DNA of 64,000 nucleotides from Candidatus Omnitrophota bacterium (lineage in GTDB: Bacteria > Omnitrophota > Omnitrophia > Omnitrophales > Aquincolibacteriaceae): NCBI GenBank assembly GCA_043718225.1, contig JAYSWD010000022.1:327-64326 (forward strand), read 5' to 3'. Both the position numbers and the translations under genes were made by a program. Positions 36,023 to 47,366 of this stretch are shown piece after piece. The notes under the pieces were generated by a model. It made no database searches. It saw only the letters and a program-made list of their open reading frames with translations, and was not told the DNA's origin. Each line of letters opens with the position of its first letter. The first letter of the stretch is position 1.

Positions 36023-36178
36023 TTGAAGCCGAATTATCAGGGCAATAAGAAAAGAAAAGAAGAAGACCGCCGTAAAAAGCAGGAAGCCAAACGGCTTAAA
36101 CGCTTGAATAAAGGCGACAAAGAAGTTCCTCAGCTCGAAACAGACAGCGGCAGCAGCGTGGCTCCTCCGACCAACTAG
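36023..36178 (+). CDS. Possible 51-aa Lys/Arg-rich small protein
   Basis: aaggagaaatttTTG provides an RBS and start. The product is LKPNYQGNKKRKEEDRRKKQEAKRLKRLNKGDKEVPQLETDSGSSVAPPTN. It is below the ORF-track cutoff. Confidence 0.3.
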   Translation: MKPNYQGNKKRKEEDRRKKQEAKRLKRLNKGDKEVPQLETDSGSSVAPPTN

Positions 36179-36182
36179 CGTT

Positions 36183-37298
36183 CTACGCCCTCAGTTCAAG
36201 CAGGGTAATTTCAGCGCGGACACCCAGTCGTAATGCAGGCCCCCAAAAACCGGTCCCTTGATTCACGTAAACTAGCATGCGGTGATGGCGGTTCAGGCCC
36301 TTGTGGTAAGGGTTAAACAGGCCGACCAGTAGATTAAACGGAAAAAACTGCCCTCCGTGGGTATGCCCCGAAAGCATCAGGTCAAATCCCGCTTTTTCCG
36401 CCGCGAAACAGTTTTTAGGCTGATGGGCGAGCAAGATTTTATAGGCGCTGCCGGACCTTTCCTTGTTGCATGCTCTAACCGCATCGGGAACGTGAGAAGC
36501 CATAAAACGCGGACCGTCAGGGTCGGTAACTCCTCCAAGCCACAGCTTACCGTTTTGAAGAAGCAAACCATCATTTAAAAGCGGGTGAGCACCATAGAAT
36601 TTAAGTACCCGAATCCATTTTTCAGCGTTCCAATAATATTCATGATTTCCGGTCACATAAAAAACACCACTTTTGGTTTTTAGCTTTTCAAGCGGCGCGA
36701 GGACTGAACCGAAAAGCTCCGCATCACTATCCCCGATATCTCCGGTGAGGACAGTAATATCCGCATCAAGCCCGCAGGCCATTTCGACGACCCGCTTAAT
36801 ATATTTTTTACCGATAAGTGGGCCGGCATGTAAGTCGCTGATTTGCACAATCTTAAAACTGTTTAAATCCGCATGCGCGGCAGGCAGCGGAATTTGTACC
36901 CTGCGGATAAGCGGGCCGGCAAAAGCTACGTAAATGCCGCCGAAATTGATGCCGAGCGCGGTTACGAAAAAAATAAAAGAAAGCGGCTTTTCATAGCCGG
37001 CCACACCGGGGATAAAAAGCAAAAAGTCTTTAATGACGGCGGCGCAGAATAAATGCACAAAAAGCCCGATGAAAAAGAAAGCGCCGAATACACCGGCCGC
37101 ATGTTGCTTTGGATTGCGCATGCCAGCTAAAAAAATAAGCTCAAGCGCATAGGTAATTACGAAAAACATCATGCCCGTTTTACGAATCGCCGCCGGCGGA
37201 TCCATTCGCAAAATAAGCTCGGACCAGACAACGGACCAAATTATGGCAAGCAGCAAAGCCGCGGCACCCAGAAAAATCAATTGGCGTTTTGACGGCAC
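36183..37298 (-). CDS. Membrane-anchored calcineurin-like metallophosphoesterase (YaeI-like)
   Basis: Four N-terminal TM helices followed by SDLHAG, GDIGD, GNHEY and SGHTHGGQ motifs. Confidence 0.85.
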   Translation of the reverse strand: MPSKRQLIFLGAAALLLAIIWSVVWSELILRMDPPAAIRKTGMMFFVITYALELIFLAGMRNPKQHAAGVFGAFFFIGLFVHLFCAAVIKDFLLFIPGVAGYEKPLSFIFFVTALGINFGGIYVAFAGPLIRRVQIPLPAAHADLNSFKIVQISDLHAGPLIGKKYIKRVVEMACGLDADITVLTGDIGDSDAELFGSVLAPLEKLKTKSGVFYVTGNHEYYWNAEKWIRVLKFYGAHPLLNDGLLLQNGKLWLGGVTDPDGPRFMASHVPDAVRACNKERSGSAYKILLAHQPKNCFAAEKAGFDLMLSGHTHGGQFFPFNLLVGLFNPYHKGLNRHHRMLVYVNQGTGFWGPALRLGVRAEITLLELRA

Positions 37299-37472
37299 AA
37301 AATAATCCTTTGGTTTGAATCGCTTACTTTAATAGTACCTGAATTTTTAGCGCTTGATACATTTGAAACAACTAAAAAAAGCATCAAGGGCTAAATAAAT
37401 AACAATTGATTATCTCGGGCTATTGAAAACAAAGGTCAAATAAGCGACTCTTTAGGTTGGCTCTTTGATTCA

Positions 37473-38591
37473 GTGATTCGCCATGCCCTTTATGACTCGA
37501 GGTGCACTATCAGTAAAGTAAGCGAGATATCCTATGTCAATTATTTGGCATCGGCCAGTGAAGCGATTTTAAAATATATTGAGAGTGAACAATTTATTAA
37601 TTGGGCTCTCAGTGCTCTTTTTGAACATCTTAAACCCTCGCACGTGTCCGTGGCTTTATATGATTCAGGTTGTGATTCATTTCTCATAAAACATTCAATC
37701 GGCGCGAACCAGTTTCCCGTTAAATTTGTACGCTTGCACCGTACAAGCGCGATAGTCGAATGGTTTGCGGGACAGCCCCGCACTGAAACGGTTACGACGA
37801 TTCTTCCGGAAAAACCGCTACCTCAACACATCCCTGAAAGAATCATCGCCGATTTAAAGCGGCATTGCAGCGCAGCCTGCGCGCATATCCGTTCGCGAAA
37901 TAATCTGGGGGGATATTTGCTGGTAGGTAAGTCCCCATCGGCGCCTTACACCGAACGCGACCAGGTTTATTTTCAAACCGTTGCCAATGACATTGCCGTT
38001 GAGATTGAAAAACAACATTATTATCAAACAGCCAATACCGACGCATTAACGAAACTTTTAAACCGCCAGTCGCTGCCGGACAAATTAGAACGGCTTGCGC
38101 GGCAGGCTCTTGAAAAAGGAAAAATGTTCGCTTTGTGCATGATTGATTTGGATAATTTTAAAAAAATAAATGATTTGCACGGACATTTGGCGGGTGATGA
38201 AGTTTTGCGCAGAGCCGCGGAAGCTTTGCGCAAGGGAATCCGTCATGCGGATTTGGCATTCCGTTACGGCGGAGAGGAATTTCTGATTGTTTTTGGGCTT
38301 AGTCCCCGGCAAAGTTCACCGCTCTACACAACTGCACGGTTCCGGCTTTTTGCGATAAAAGCGGCGGAACGCCTGCGTTTAAAACTGGCCCGCTGTAAAG
38401 TTCAATACAGTCAGCATCAACTGCAAGTTACCGGAAGCATCGGAATGGCATTTTTTGAACCGGCCAGCCCTCAATCCGCTGAACTGTTGATCGATGAAGC
38501 AGACAGGGCGGTATATATTTCGAAAAATTCGGGCAAGAATAGAGTCACAGTTTATACGGACAGTAAAGAGGCCGCAACTTTTGCGACATAA
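37473..38591 (+). CDS. Diguanylate cyclase (GAF-like N-domain plus GGDEF)
   Basis: DALTKLLNR, DLDNFKKINDLHGHLAGD and RYGGEEF, with an RHAD I-site 5 aa upstream. GTG start. Confidence 0.8.
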   Translation: MIRHALYDSRCTISKVSEISYVNYLASASEAILKYIESEQFINWALSALFEHLKPSHVSVALYDSGCDSFLIKHSIGANQFPVKFVRLHRTSAIVEWFAGQPRTETVTTILPEKPLPQHIPERIIADLKRHCSAACAHIRSRNNLGGYLLVGKSPSAPYTERDQVYFQTVANDIAVEIEKQHYYQTANTDALTKLLNRQSLPDKLERLARQALEKGKMFALCMIDLDNFKKINDLHGHLAGDEVLRRAAEALRKGIRHADLAFRYGGEEFLIVFGLSPRQSSPLYTTARFRLFAIKAAERLRLKLARCKVQYSQHQLQVTGSIGMAFFEPASPQSAELLIDEADRAVYISKNSGKNRVTVYTDSKEAATFAT

Positions 38592-38625
38592 AAAAGCCGG
38601 ACCTTTTACAGTCCGGCTTACTTTT
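38590..38625. terminator. Bidirectional rho-independent terminator between convergent genes
   Basis: AGCCGGAC-cttttaca-GTCCGGCT, flanked by AAAAAA on one side and TACTTTT on the other. Confidence 0.75.
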
Positions 38626-38706
38626 ACGATTTTCGCCGCGACATCTATTATTATTAGCACTGCTCGATAAAACTCGCAGTGTAATCGCGCGATTTAATCC
38701 TATTGC

Positions 38707-40341
38707 TTAGCTCAGAGATTCTTCGTCGTACGAAGGAGTGTCCGCGCCCTTTTCGCCCTTTTTAGGCTCTGCTTTTTTTTCGATAATCGCACATTCGGTC
38801 GTCAGGATTAATCCCGCCACGCTCGCGGCATTTTCAAGCGCCGTACGAACGACTTTGGCTGGGTCAATCACGCCGTTTGCGATCAGGTCTTCATGTTCGC
38901 CTGTCGCCGCGTTAAAACCGAAGGAACCTTTGCCTTCGAGAATTTTCTTCACGACAACCGAACCGTCAAAACCCGCGTTTTCCGCGATTTTGCGGGCCGG
39001 TGCTTCAAGCGCACGGCGCACAATGTCAACGCCGGTGGCTTCATCGCCCGTAGCCTCAACATTTTTAAGCGAAGCGATAGAACGCAGCAACGCCACTCCG
39101 CCGCCTGCCACAATACCTTCCGCAATCGCGGCGCGTGTGGCATGCAAAGCATCATCCATGCGCGCTTTCTTTTCTTTCATTTCAATTTCAGTGGCCGCTC
39201 CCACTTTAATGACGGCGACACCGCTTGAAAGTTTTGCTAATCTTTCTTGAAGCTTTTCACGGTCATAGTCGGAATCGGTTTTAGCGATTTGGCCTTTAAT
39301 GTGTTCACAGCGCGCCAGAATGTCTTTTTTCGCGCCGGCTCCGCCGATAATCGTCGTATTGTCTTTATCCACAACCACGCGTTCTGCGCAGCCGAGGTCT
39401 TCAATTTTGACGTTTTCGAGCTTAATACCGAGATCCTCAGATATGAAACGGCCTTTTGTCAGCGCCGCGAGATCTTCAAGCTGCGCTTTACGTCTGTCGC
39501 CAAAACCCGGAGCTTTGATCGTGCAAACTTGGAGCGTACCGCGGATTTTATTTACGACCAAAGTCGCTAAGGCTTCGCCTTCGACTTCTTCGGAAATAAT
39601 AAGTAACGGACGTCCGGATTGAGCCACGGCTTCAAGCACGGGAATCATTTCTTTGATTGAAGAAATCTTTTTCTCACAAATCAAAATATAAGGGTCCTTG
39701 AGCACGGCTTCCATGCGGTCGGCATCGGTGACGAAATAAGGCGAGAGATAGCCGCGATCAAATTGCATACCTTCGACTAAATCCACTTCGGTTTTAAAGC
39801 CTTTGGCTTCTTCAACCGTGATCACGCCGTCTTTACCGACTTTTTCAAGAGCGTCAGCGAGTAATTGGCCGATTGAAGCGTCTCCGTTCGCGCTGATGGT
39901 CGCAACCGCTTTCCAATCGTCTTTGCCGCTGACTTTCTTTGAAAGCCCTTTGATTGATTCAACCACGGCTTTAACCGCTTTATCAATTCCGCGCTTGAGA
40001 GCCGTCGGATTGGCGCCCGCAGTGACATTCTTCAAGCCTTCGCTGACAATGCATTGAGCGAGGACGGTGGCGGTTGTTGTCCCGTCGCCGGCTTCGTCAT
40101 TTGTTTTTTCGGAAACTTCGCGAACCATTTGGGCGCCCATATTTTCATAGGGGTCCTTGAGTTCGATTTCCTTAGCAACCGTAACGCCGTCTTTTGTAAT
40201 AATCGGCGCGCCGAACTTGCGGTCAATTACGACATTGCGGCCGCGGGGCCCCAGAGTTATACCGACCGTTTTGGCGAGGATATCCACGCCACGCTTAATT
40301 TTCTGCCGCGCTTCTTCCGAGAATGTTACTTGTTTAGCCAT
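38707..40341 (-). CDS. groEL: Chaperonin GroEL, copy without a GGM tail
   Basis: Full-length Cpn60 ([21 protein letters not shown]). The C-terminus is [23 protein letters not shown] instead of Gly-Met repeats. Confidence 0.95.
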   Translation of the reverse strand: MAKQVTFSEEARQKIKRGVDILAKTVGITLGPRGRNVVIDRKFGAPIITKDGVTVAKEIELKDPYENMGAQMVREVSEKTNDEAGDGTTTATVLAQCIVSEGLKNVTAGANPTALKRGIDKAVKAVVESIKGLSKKVSGKDDWKAVATISANGDASIGQLLADALEKVGKDGVITVEEAKGFKTEVDLVEGMQFDRGYLSPYFVTDADRMEAVLKDPYILICEKKISSIKEMIPVLEAVAQSGRPLLIISEEVEGEALATLVVNKIRGTLQVCTIKAPGFGDRRKAQLEDLAALTKGRFISEDLGIKLENVKIEDLGCAERVVVDKDNTTIIGGAGAKKDILARCEHIKGQIAKTDSDYDREKLQERLAKLSSGVAVIKVGAATEIEMKEKKARMDDALHATRAAIAEGIVAGGGVALLRSIASLKNVEATGDEATGVDIVRRALEAPARKIAENAGFDGSVVVKKILEGKGSFGFNAATGEHEDLIANGVIDPAKVVRTALENAASVAGLILTTECAIIEKKAEPKKGEKGADTPSYDEESLS

Positions 40342-40436
40342 GCTGTTTCCTTTGGCCTCTGCGGTTATACCGCAACCGGCACTTTAATTTGCCCTATCGC
40401 CATGCGGTTGGGCCGCACAGGCACAGAGCTTAAATG

Positions 40437-40730
40437 TTATTGCGCTTCGCAGATTGCGAGGATGTCGTTTTCGGACAAGATTTTGTGTTTCTTGCCTTCG
40501 ATTAAAATTTCATCGCCGGCATATTTTCCAAAAATAACGCGGTCGCCTTTTTTAACCTGAGGCTCTTGAACCTTGCCGGAATCAAGCGTTTTGCCCGGGC
40601 CGACTGAAACAACTTTGCCTTCGGTTTTTTCTTCCTTGGCATTGTCCGGAAGAATAATCCCGCCGCGGGTCTTTTCTTCGGATTCAAGAACTTCAACGAG
40701 AACGCGATCACTTAAAGGTTTAATTTTCAT
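40437..40730 (-). CDS. groES: Co-chaperonin GroES
   Basis: MKIKPLSDRVLVE...GGIILPD...GKVVSVGPG. RBS AGGAGA upstream. Confidence 0.95.
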   Translation of the reverse strand: MKIKPLSDRVLVEVLESEEKTRGGIILPDNAKEEKTEGKVVSVGPGKTLDSGKVQEPQVKKGDRVIFGKYAGDEILIEGKKHKILSENDILAICEAQ

Positions 40731-40813
40731 TTTATTTTTCTCCTAGTTATTTCTTAAAAGTTCATTTTGTTTCGGTGGTTGGACTGTGAAACAAGTCCAG
40801 AACCAAAACTTAT

Positions 40814-42490
<1,677 letters not shown>

Positions 42491-42537
42491 TTAATTTATC
42501 TCCTTGAGATTCATTTTAGTTGAAAGTTAATAGTGCG

Positions 42538-42564
42538 TTAGCAGTCGCTGAGAGCGAGTGCCAG
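42538..42564. promoter_or_regulatory. CIRCE-like inverted repeat (HrcA operator)
   Basis: TTAGCAGTC-N9-GAGTGCCAG versus the consensus TTAGCACTC-N9-GAGTGCTAA (8/9 and 7/9). Located between the candidate -10 and the groEL start. Confidence 0.65.
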
Positions 42565-42572
42565 GGGGGCAT

Positions 42573-42600
42573 ATTGTAGCCTAGAAAACCCCTATTGCAA
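42573..42600 (-). promoter_or_regulatory. Candidate sigma70 promoter of groEL (TTGCAA-N16-TACAAT)
   Basis: Read on the minus strand. The -10 lies 8 nt upstream of the CIRCE-like element. Confidence 0.55.
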
Positions 42601-42708
42601 TTAGTTCTTAATCAATTCGCGTGCCAATCGCCTGCAGAGGGGATAGAACAAATTGGAATATAAGAATGAGTCAATTTGGCGCAGTGCAGGCTAGAAAGGA
42701 AACAGAGT

Positions 42709-43482
42709 TTAGGCTGATATTTGGTTCTGGTAAAGCTTGAGAATCGACTCAAGCGTATGGGCAGGATTGATTTCGGCTTTTGAGTGAATGATCTTTCCGA
42801 TAAAAGAGGAAAAGCCGCCGGTAATGATCACATGCGGCTTTTTCTTAAATTCCTTGGATAGTTTGGCAATCAGGCCGTCTGTCATGGCGGCATAAGCCTG
42901 AATGACACCGTGCTGTATACAATCTTCCGTATTGCGGCCATAAGGCAGCCCGCTCTCGGTTTTAAGATTGAAAACCTTTGGTAATAAAGCTGTCCGGTCA
43001 AGCAGGGAAAGCAGGGAAGTTTCCGGTCCGGGAATGATAAGCCCCCCCAGGAAAACACCCTTTTCATCAATTAAGTCACAGGTAATTGCTGTCCCAAAAT
43101 CAAACACAATACAAGGCAGTTTTTTTGATTGAATCGCGCCATAAGCGTCAATTTTACGGTCTATTCCCAGTTTTTTGTCATTTTCATAGAAATTTTTAAT
43201 TGGAACCTTAATATCTTTTCCTATTTCCAGAATATTACTGATTCCACGGGCATAAAGCTCGGAAAGAACTTTTTCTGTATTTTTTGGGACTACGGAAGCA
43301 ATAAGCACTATATTTTTGTATTGCGCGCCCTTTTTTGAACAAATTTTGATTTTTTCTGGGATTTCGTTTAGAGAGACGGATTCGACCTTATTTAAGCTGC
43401 CGCCTATGGCGAACCCGTAAGTCGCGTTCGTGTTTCCGATATCAACCAGATGTAATACTTCAGAAAATTGGGATTTTTTCAT
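42709..43482 (-). CDS. coaX: Type III pantothenate kinase
   Basis: LVDIGNTNATYG, LGIDRKIDAYGA and VIITGG motifs. ~257 aa. Confidence 0.85.
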   Translation of the reverse strand: MKKSQFSEVLHLVDIGNTNATYGFAIGGSLNKVESVSLNEIPEKIKICSKKGAQYKNIVLIASVVPKNTEKVLSELYARGISNILEIGKDIKVPIKNFYENDKKLGIDRKIDAYGAIQSKKLPCIVFDFGTAITCDLIDEKGVFLGGLIIPGPETSLLSLLDRTALLPKVFNLKTESGLPYGRNTEDCIQHGVIQAYAAMTDGLIAKLSKEFKKKPHVIITGGFSSFIGKIIHSKAEINPAHTLESILKLYQNQISA

Positions 43483-43485
43483 TTT

Positions 43486-44127
43486 TCATTCCCGCGCAAG
43501 CGGGAATCCTAGTTTAGATCCCGGATCACGTCCTTTGGACTTGTCCGGGATGACTGAAAGATATTGTTTTATTTGTTTTTGGAACTCAGTCAAGATTTTA
43601 TCTAAAACCTCGGCCAGGTCATAGGCTTCTGTTTTATTTTTGCTCCGGGCTTCGTCCGACTGCGAAACCATTTTCATAGAAACAGCCTCAGGAAGCAAGG
43701 TTTCCTCGGAACTGTTAACATTCAAACCCATTCCCACAACCACATACTCCAGCTTTTCGCCCTTTGAGCTCGACTCGGTCAGAATACCGCATATTTTTTT
43801 TCCATTCACCAGCACATCGTTGGGTTTTTTAATTTCACATGGAATTAGATAGCTTGTCAAAACTTCGACCACAGCCTGACAAGCGGTTTGGGTCAAAGTA
43901 GAAGCTTCGGATGGTTTGATGGCGGGCTGAAAATAAATCGAGAACAATAGATTTTCACCCGGTTTTGATAGCCATTTGCGTCCGAATTGGCCGCGCCCTT
44001 CCGTTTGGTGTTCGGCGGCCAGCACGAACATTTTTTTATTTTGTTTGCGCGCGAGCTCTAAAACAGCGGAATTAGTCGAACCGGTTTCGGCAACCCATTC
44101 AATCGGAAAAGAATGCATTTTAAACAA
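43486..44127 (-). CDS. birA: Biotin-[acetyl-CoA-carboxylase] ligase with an atypical, repeat-derived C-terminus
   Basis: GRGQFGRKW and KKPNDVLVNGKKICGILTE motifs. The last ~23 aa (SVIPDKSKGRDPGSKLGFPLARE) are the translation of the REP-like element. I do not see the usual C-terminal SH3-like domain. Confidence 0.75.
   Translation of the reverse strand: MFKMHSFPIEWVAETGSTNSAVLELARKQNKKMFVLAAEHQTEGRGQFGRKWLSKPGENLLFSIYFQPAIKPSEASTLTQTACQAVVEVLTSYLIPCEIKKPNDVLVNGKKICGILTESSSKGEKLEYVVVGMGLNVNSSEETLLPEAVSMKMVSQSDEARSKNKTEAYDLAEVLDKILTEFQKQIKQYLSVIPDKSKGRDPGSKLGFPLARE
43487..43553 (-). repeat. Full two-hairpin REP/MITE-like element, embedded in the 3' end of the birA reading frame
   Basis: On the minus strand, gtcatcc[cggacaagtccaaaggacgtgatccg]ggatctaaactaggattcccgc[ttgc]gcgggaatg aligns module-for-module with 52188..52242. 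Confidence 0.8.
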
Positions 44128-45325
44128 TGATGCGCGGAAGGTAGTACTGAAGCGCGGTTATAATTTCATACGGAATCGTTCCGGCCCAATTCGCGACTTC
44201 ATTCGCGGTGATGCAATCGCCTGTGTCTTCGCCGATCAGCGTCGCGATTTCGCCAGGCTTAACATGCTGGTTGCCGAAATTAACGGTCATGTAATCCATG
44301 GAAATTCTGCCTGCCAAAGGAAAGCGTTTTCCCTGAAAAAGAATTTGCGCTTTTTCCCAGGCGGAATAGGAATATCCCTGCGAATAACCAATCGGCAAAA
44401 TGCCGATTGTAGCCGGATCTTTCGCGGTAAATTTTCGGCCATAGCCCGCGGTGGCGCCGGGCGAAAGACGCTTCACATGCACTATTTTTGCTTTCAGAGA
44501 AAGCACAGGTTTCAGGTTAGCTGCTATCGGTGGTTGGGGCGAATGCCTAGAACCTAAAGATAGATTTGCCTCCGGCGCAGAGTCTGGTAATTTTTTTTCT
44601 GCGCTTTCAGCGCAACCATGAATGCCATACAGCGCGAGGCCGGGGCGGATAAGATTTGTGCAATCGGGCTTGAGTGAAAAACATGCCGCGCTATTTTGCA
44701 AATGTTTGAAACGGATAAAGATATTTTTAGCCTCAAGCGCGCGAACCAACAAATCAAAATCGCGGGTTTGCCGGTCACGGAATGGATCCGCGATTTCAGC
44801 CGCGGGAAAATGCGAATAAATGCCTTCGATTTCAAGCCCGGCCATTTTTGAAATTCTCTCGATATCGGCTACAGCACGGTCGAGAGGAATGCCCATGCGC
44901 CCCATGCCGGTATCAACCTTGATATGGATTTTTGCGGTTTTGCCGAAGCTTTGAGCGACGCTCGCGATATCTTCCGCTTCGGTTAAGCTGGAAACGCTGA
45001 GCGTTATGCCTTCGAGCAGAACGGCGCCGATATCGTTGGGAAAAAGGCGGCCAAATAAAAAAATGCGGGATTGGAGGTTCAGCTCTTTCAATTCAAGCGC
45101 TTCTTTAATGGAAGACACACCGAGATAAAGCACGTGCCCGTCGAGCGCGCGCGCGACTTGATGCAGGCCATGGCCGTAGCCGTTAGCCTTAATGACCGCC
45201 ATGACTTCATTCTTCACTCCCGCCGAAGCGCGAATAACGCTGAGATTTTCAAGCAGGCGGTCAGCCTTCAGTTCGATCCACACATTTGACATGAGGGCCT
45301 GATTTTTCTCGGAAAGAGATGTCAT
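44120..45325 (-). CDS. alr: Alanine racemase
   Basis: AVIKANGYGHG PLP-lysine motif, and a C-terminal beta domain with GYGR and PYEIIT. Confidence 0.9.
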   Translation of the reverse strand: MTSLSEKNQALMSNVWIELKADRLLENLSVIRASAGVKNEVMAVIKANGYGHGLHQVARALDGHVLYLGVSSIKEALELKELNLQSRIFLFGRLFPNDIGAVLLEGITLSVSSLTEAEDIASVAQSFGKTAKIHIKVDTGMGRMGIPLDRAVADIERISKMAGLEIEGIYSHFPAAEIADPFRDRQTRDFDLLVRALEAKNIFIRFKHLQNSAACFSLKPDCTNLIRPGLALYGIHGCAESAEKKLPDSAPEANLSLGSRHSPQPPIAANLKPVLSLKAKIVHVKRLSPGATAGYGRKFTAKDPATIGILPIGYSQGYSYSAWEKAQILFQGKRFPLAGRISMDYMTVNFGNQHVKPGEIATLIGEDTGDCITANEVANWAGTIPYEIITALQYYLPRIIV

Positions 45326-46020
45326 AATTTTAATTCGGCTTTGCGCTCTTCGGGTTCGGATTGCCTTAAATAAAACGGCAGAAAATCATCCGAGGATACC
45401 AGTTTTTTAACCGTTTCGGGCCGGTTTTTATAAATGTGAATTAGCGAAGACGCACGGGGATACCACAGCTCTTCGGGAGCGATGCAAAATTTTTTTTCCG
45501 CTGCATTTTCAAAAAGAGCTTGATAGCGCTTTAATGCATCGCCCGTAATCAGAGAACTGGCCGGAATGCTTTGTATGGCTTGGTTCATTTCAACCGCCTG
45601 AGATTCCGAACTGGGAAACCAGCTGCCGTTTTTATTTTCAAAATTTTTTATGTAAAATTTGGAGCGGAAAGCATCCAGGCAAATCGCCAGATTTTTTTCT
45701 TTGACGGCCGGAATTCGTTCCGCAAGCGCATTCAGTGAATCGCAGGAAAAGCAGGGCGTTGGACCGGCCGCGATCAAGCCTTTTAATGTGGCGAAGCCGA
45801 TTCTTAATCCCGTGAAAGATCCTGGCCCGCGATTCAGAATAAAACAATCGACTTGATTTATTGTGATTTGGCTTTTGCGCAGGAGTTCATCCGCAAAGGG
45901 GAGCAGATTTTCCATGTGTTCCCAGGAACCGAAATGAGTTTTTTCCTGAATAGCGGTGTTGTTGGTTTGCAGCGCAACGCTGAGTACGGGTCCCGAAGTG
46001 TCAAATGCGAGGATATTCAT
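45322..46020 (-). CDS. tsaB: tRNA N6-threonylcarbamoyladenosine synthesis protein TsaB
   Basis: MNILAFDTSGPVLSVAL ... NRGPGSFTGLRIG. I prefer the ATG at 46020 over the track's TTG at 46062. Confidence 0.8.
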   Translation of the reverse strand: MNILAFDTSGPVLSVALQTNNTAIQEKTHFGSWEHMENLLPFADELLRKSQITINQVDCFILNRGPGSFTGLRIGFATLKGLIAAGPTPCFSCDSLNALAERIPAVKEKNLAICLDAFRSKFYIKNFENKNGSWFPSSESQAVEMNQAIQSIPASSLITGDALKRYQALFENAAEKKFCIAPEELWYPRASSLIHIYKNRPETVKKLVSSDDFLPFYLRQSEPEERKAELKL

Positions 46021-46266
46021 ATTAAGGTTGAGAATTCTAGGGGAGTCCCGAAGGAAGGTCAATTCGAAGCCTGCGGGTAAAGGATCATAGAGTAAGCCAG
46101 AAATCTTAATAATGCCTATTTTATGGGTTTATATAGTAAAAAAAAGCTGTATTTTTTGAGTTATGCTCCATTTGAATATCAAATTTAGCAATTGTGTGGG
46201 ATTTTGTAATTGAGCAAATTAAGTCAGATTAAGCGGGTTATTTTTTATACATGATAAGATAGTCTT

Positions 46267-47304
46267 ATGAAAGACACGGATTGCTGCCCTCTTCCGGAAG
46301 AAAAAAAACACACAAACCCGGCTTGTTTGATCGGAACGACGCTGGGCTTTGTTTTAACTTTAATTCTGACGCCGCATTTTTTCTGGACACAAAAGTTCGG
46401 CCATGTTTTATGGGAAAATACCGGAATGATGTTCGTGCCTATTTTGATCGGACTGTCCCTGGGCGGCATTATTGACGATTTGATTCCGGCAAGTTATGTT
46501 TCGTCCGTTCTTTCCCGTCCCAAGAAACGGGTTTTGATTTATTCCGTCACGTTGGGATTTTTAATGAGCGCATGCAGCCACGGCATGCTTGCGCTTGCGA
46601 TGGAACTCAACCGTAAAGGGGCTTCCAAAGCCGCGGTGATTAGTTTTTTGCTGGCCAGTCCCTGGGCCAATTTACCGATCACCATTCTTTTGTTTGGTTT
46701 TTTCGGTGCGCGCGCCTTTCTTATCGTATTTTCCGCCGTGTTGATTGCCTTGCTAACCGGCTTTCTTTTTCAGCGGCTGGAAAAAACAGGCTGGCTTAAA
46801 CCTAATCCGCACACACAAATTTTTGAAAAACCGATTCAAATCGGAGCTGATTTGCGCGCGCGCTGGAAGGGGCAAGTTTGGACAGGAGGACTTGTTCTGA
46901 AACATGCGCGCGCAATCGGAGCAGGCGCTTTAAGTCTTGCCGACATGGTTTTGCCGTGGATGTATTTGGGGTTATTGCTTGCGGCCGCGGCCGCCGCGTA
47001 TGTTCCGGAACATTTTTTTCACCGCTTTTTCGGACCTGATTTCTTAGGACTGCTTTCGAGCTTGGGGGCTGCGACTGTGATAGAAGTTTGCTCGGAAGGG
47101 ACCGCGCCTCTGGCATTTGAGCTTTATAAACAAACCCACGCTTTCGGCAATATTTTTGTTTTTTTGATGGCGGGAGTGGTAACTGACTTTACAGAAATCA
47201 GCTTAGTGTGGAAAAATATGGGGCATCGTTCCGCGCTTGCGATGATTTTTTGCGCGTTACCGATGGTGGTTTTTCTGGGTTGGATTTTCAACCAGTTTAA
47301 TTGA
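46267..47304 (+). CDS. Predicted permease (UPF0718/ArsP_1-like)
   Basis: Eight or more TM helices with paired Cys-containing motifs ACSHG and VCSEGTAPL. The family assignment is from memory. Confidence 0.5.
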   Translation: MKDTDCCPLPEEKKHTNPACLIGTTLGFVLTLILTPHFFWTQKFGHVLWENTGMMFVPILIGLSLGGIIDDLIPASYVSSVLSRPKKRVLIYSVTLGFLMSACSHGMLALAMELNRKGASKAAVISFLLASPWANLPITILLFGFFGARAFLIVFSAVLIALLTGFLFQRLEKTGWLKPNPHTQIFEKPIQIGADLRARWKGQVWTGGLVLKHARAIGAGALSLADMVLPWMYLGLLLAAAAAAYVPEHFFHRFFGPDFLGLLSSLGAATVIEVCSEGTAPLAFELYKQTHAFGNIFVFLMAGVVTDFTEISLVWKNMGHRSALAMIFCALPMVVFLGWIFNQFN

Positions 47305-47310
47305 AGCTCT

Positions 47311-47338
47311 GCGCCTTCGCCTGCCGGCAGGCGGGCGC
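47311..47338. repeat. GC-rich palindromic hairpin after the permease gene
   Basis: The perfect 16-nt palindrome CGCCTGCCGGCAGGCG (47318..47333) is extended by GCGCC/GGCGC arms. The CTGCCGGCAG core recurs at 62623..62632. Confidence 0.8.
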
Positions 47339-47366
47339 GACAGCAGAACAAGAATAAAGGGGAATT

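Noticed and set aside
43976-44557. A 193-aa plus-strand ORF overlapping birA and alr.
   Set aside because: It is antisense to two genes with clear catalytic motifs and has no recognisable features.
44560-44680. An apparent ~20-30-aa extra loop in alanine racemase (GCAESAEKKLPDSAPEANLSLGSRHSPQPPIAAN), between the YG and LKPV motifs.
   Set aside because: This inter-domain loop is variable in length among Alr proteins. Without an alignment I cannot show it lies outside the normal range.
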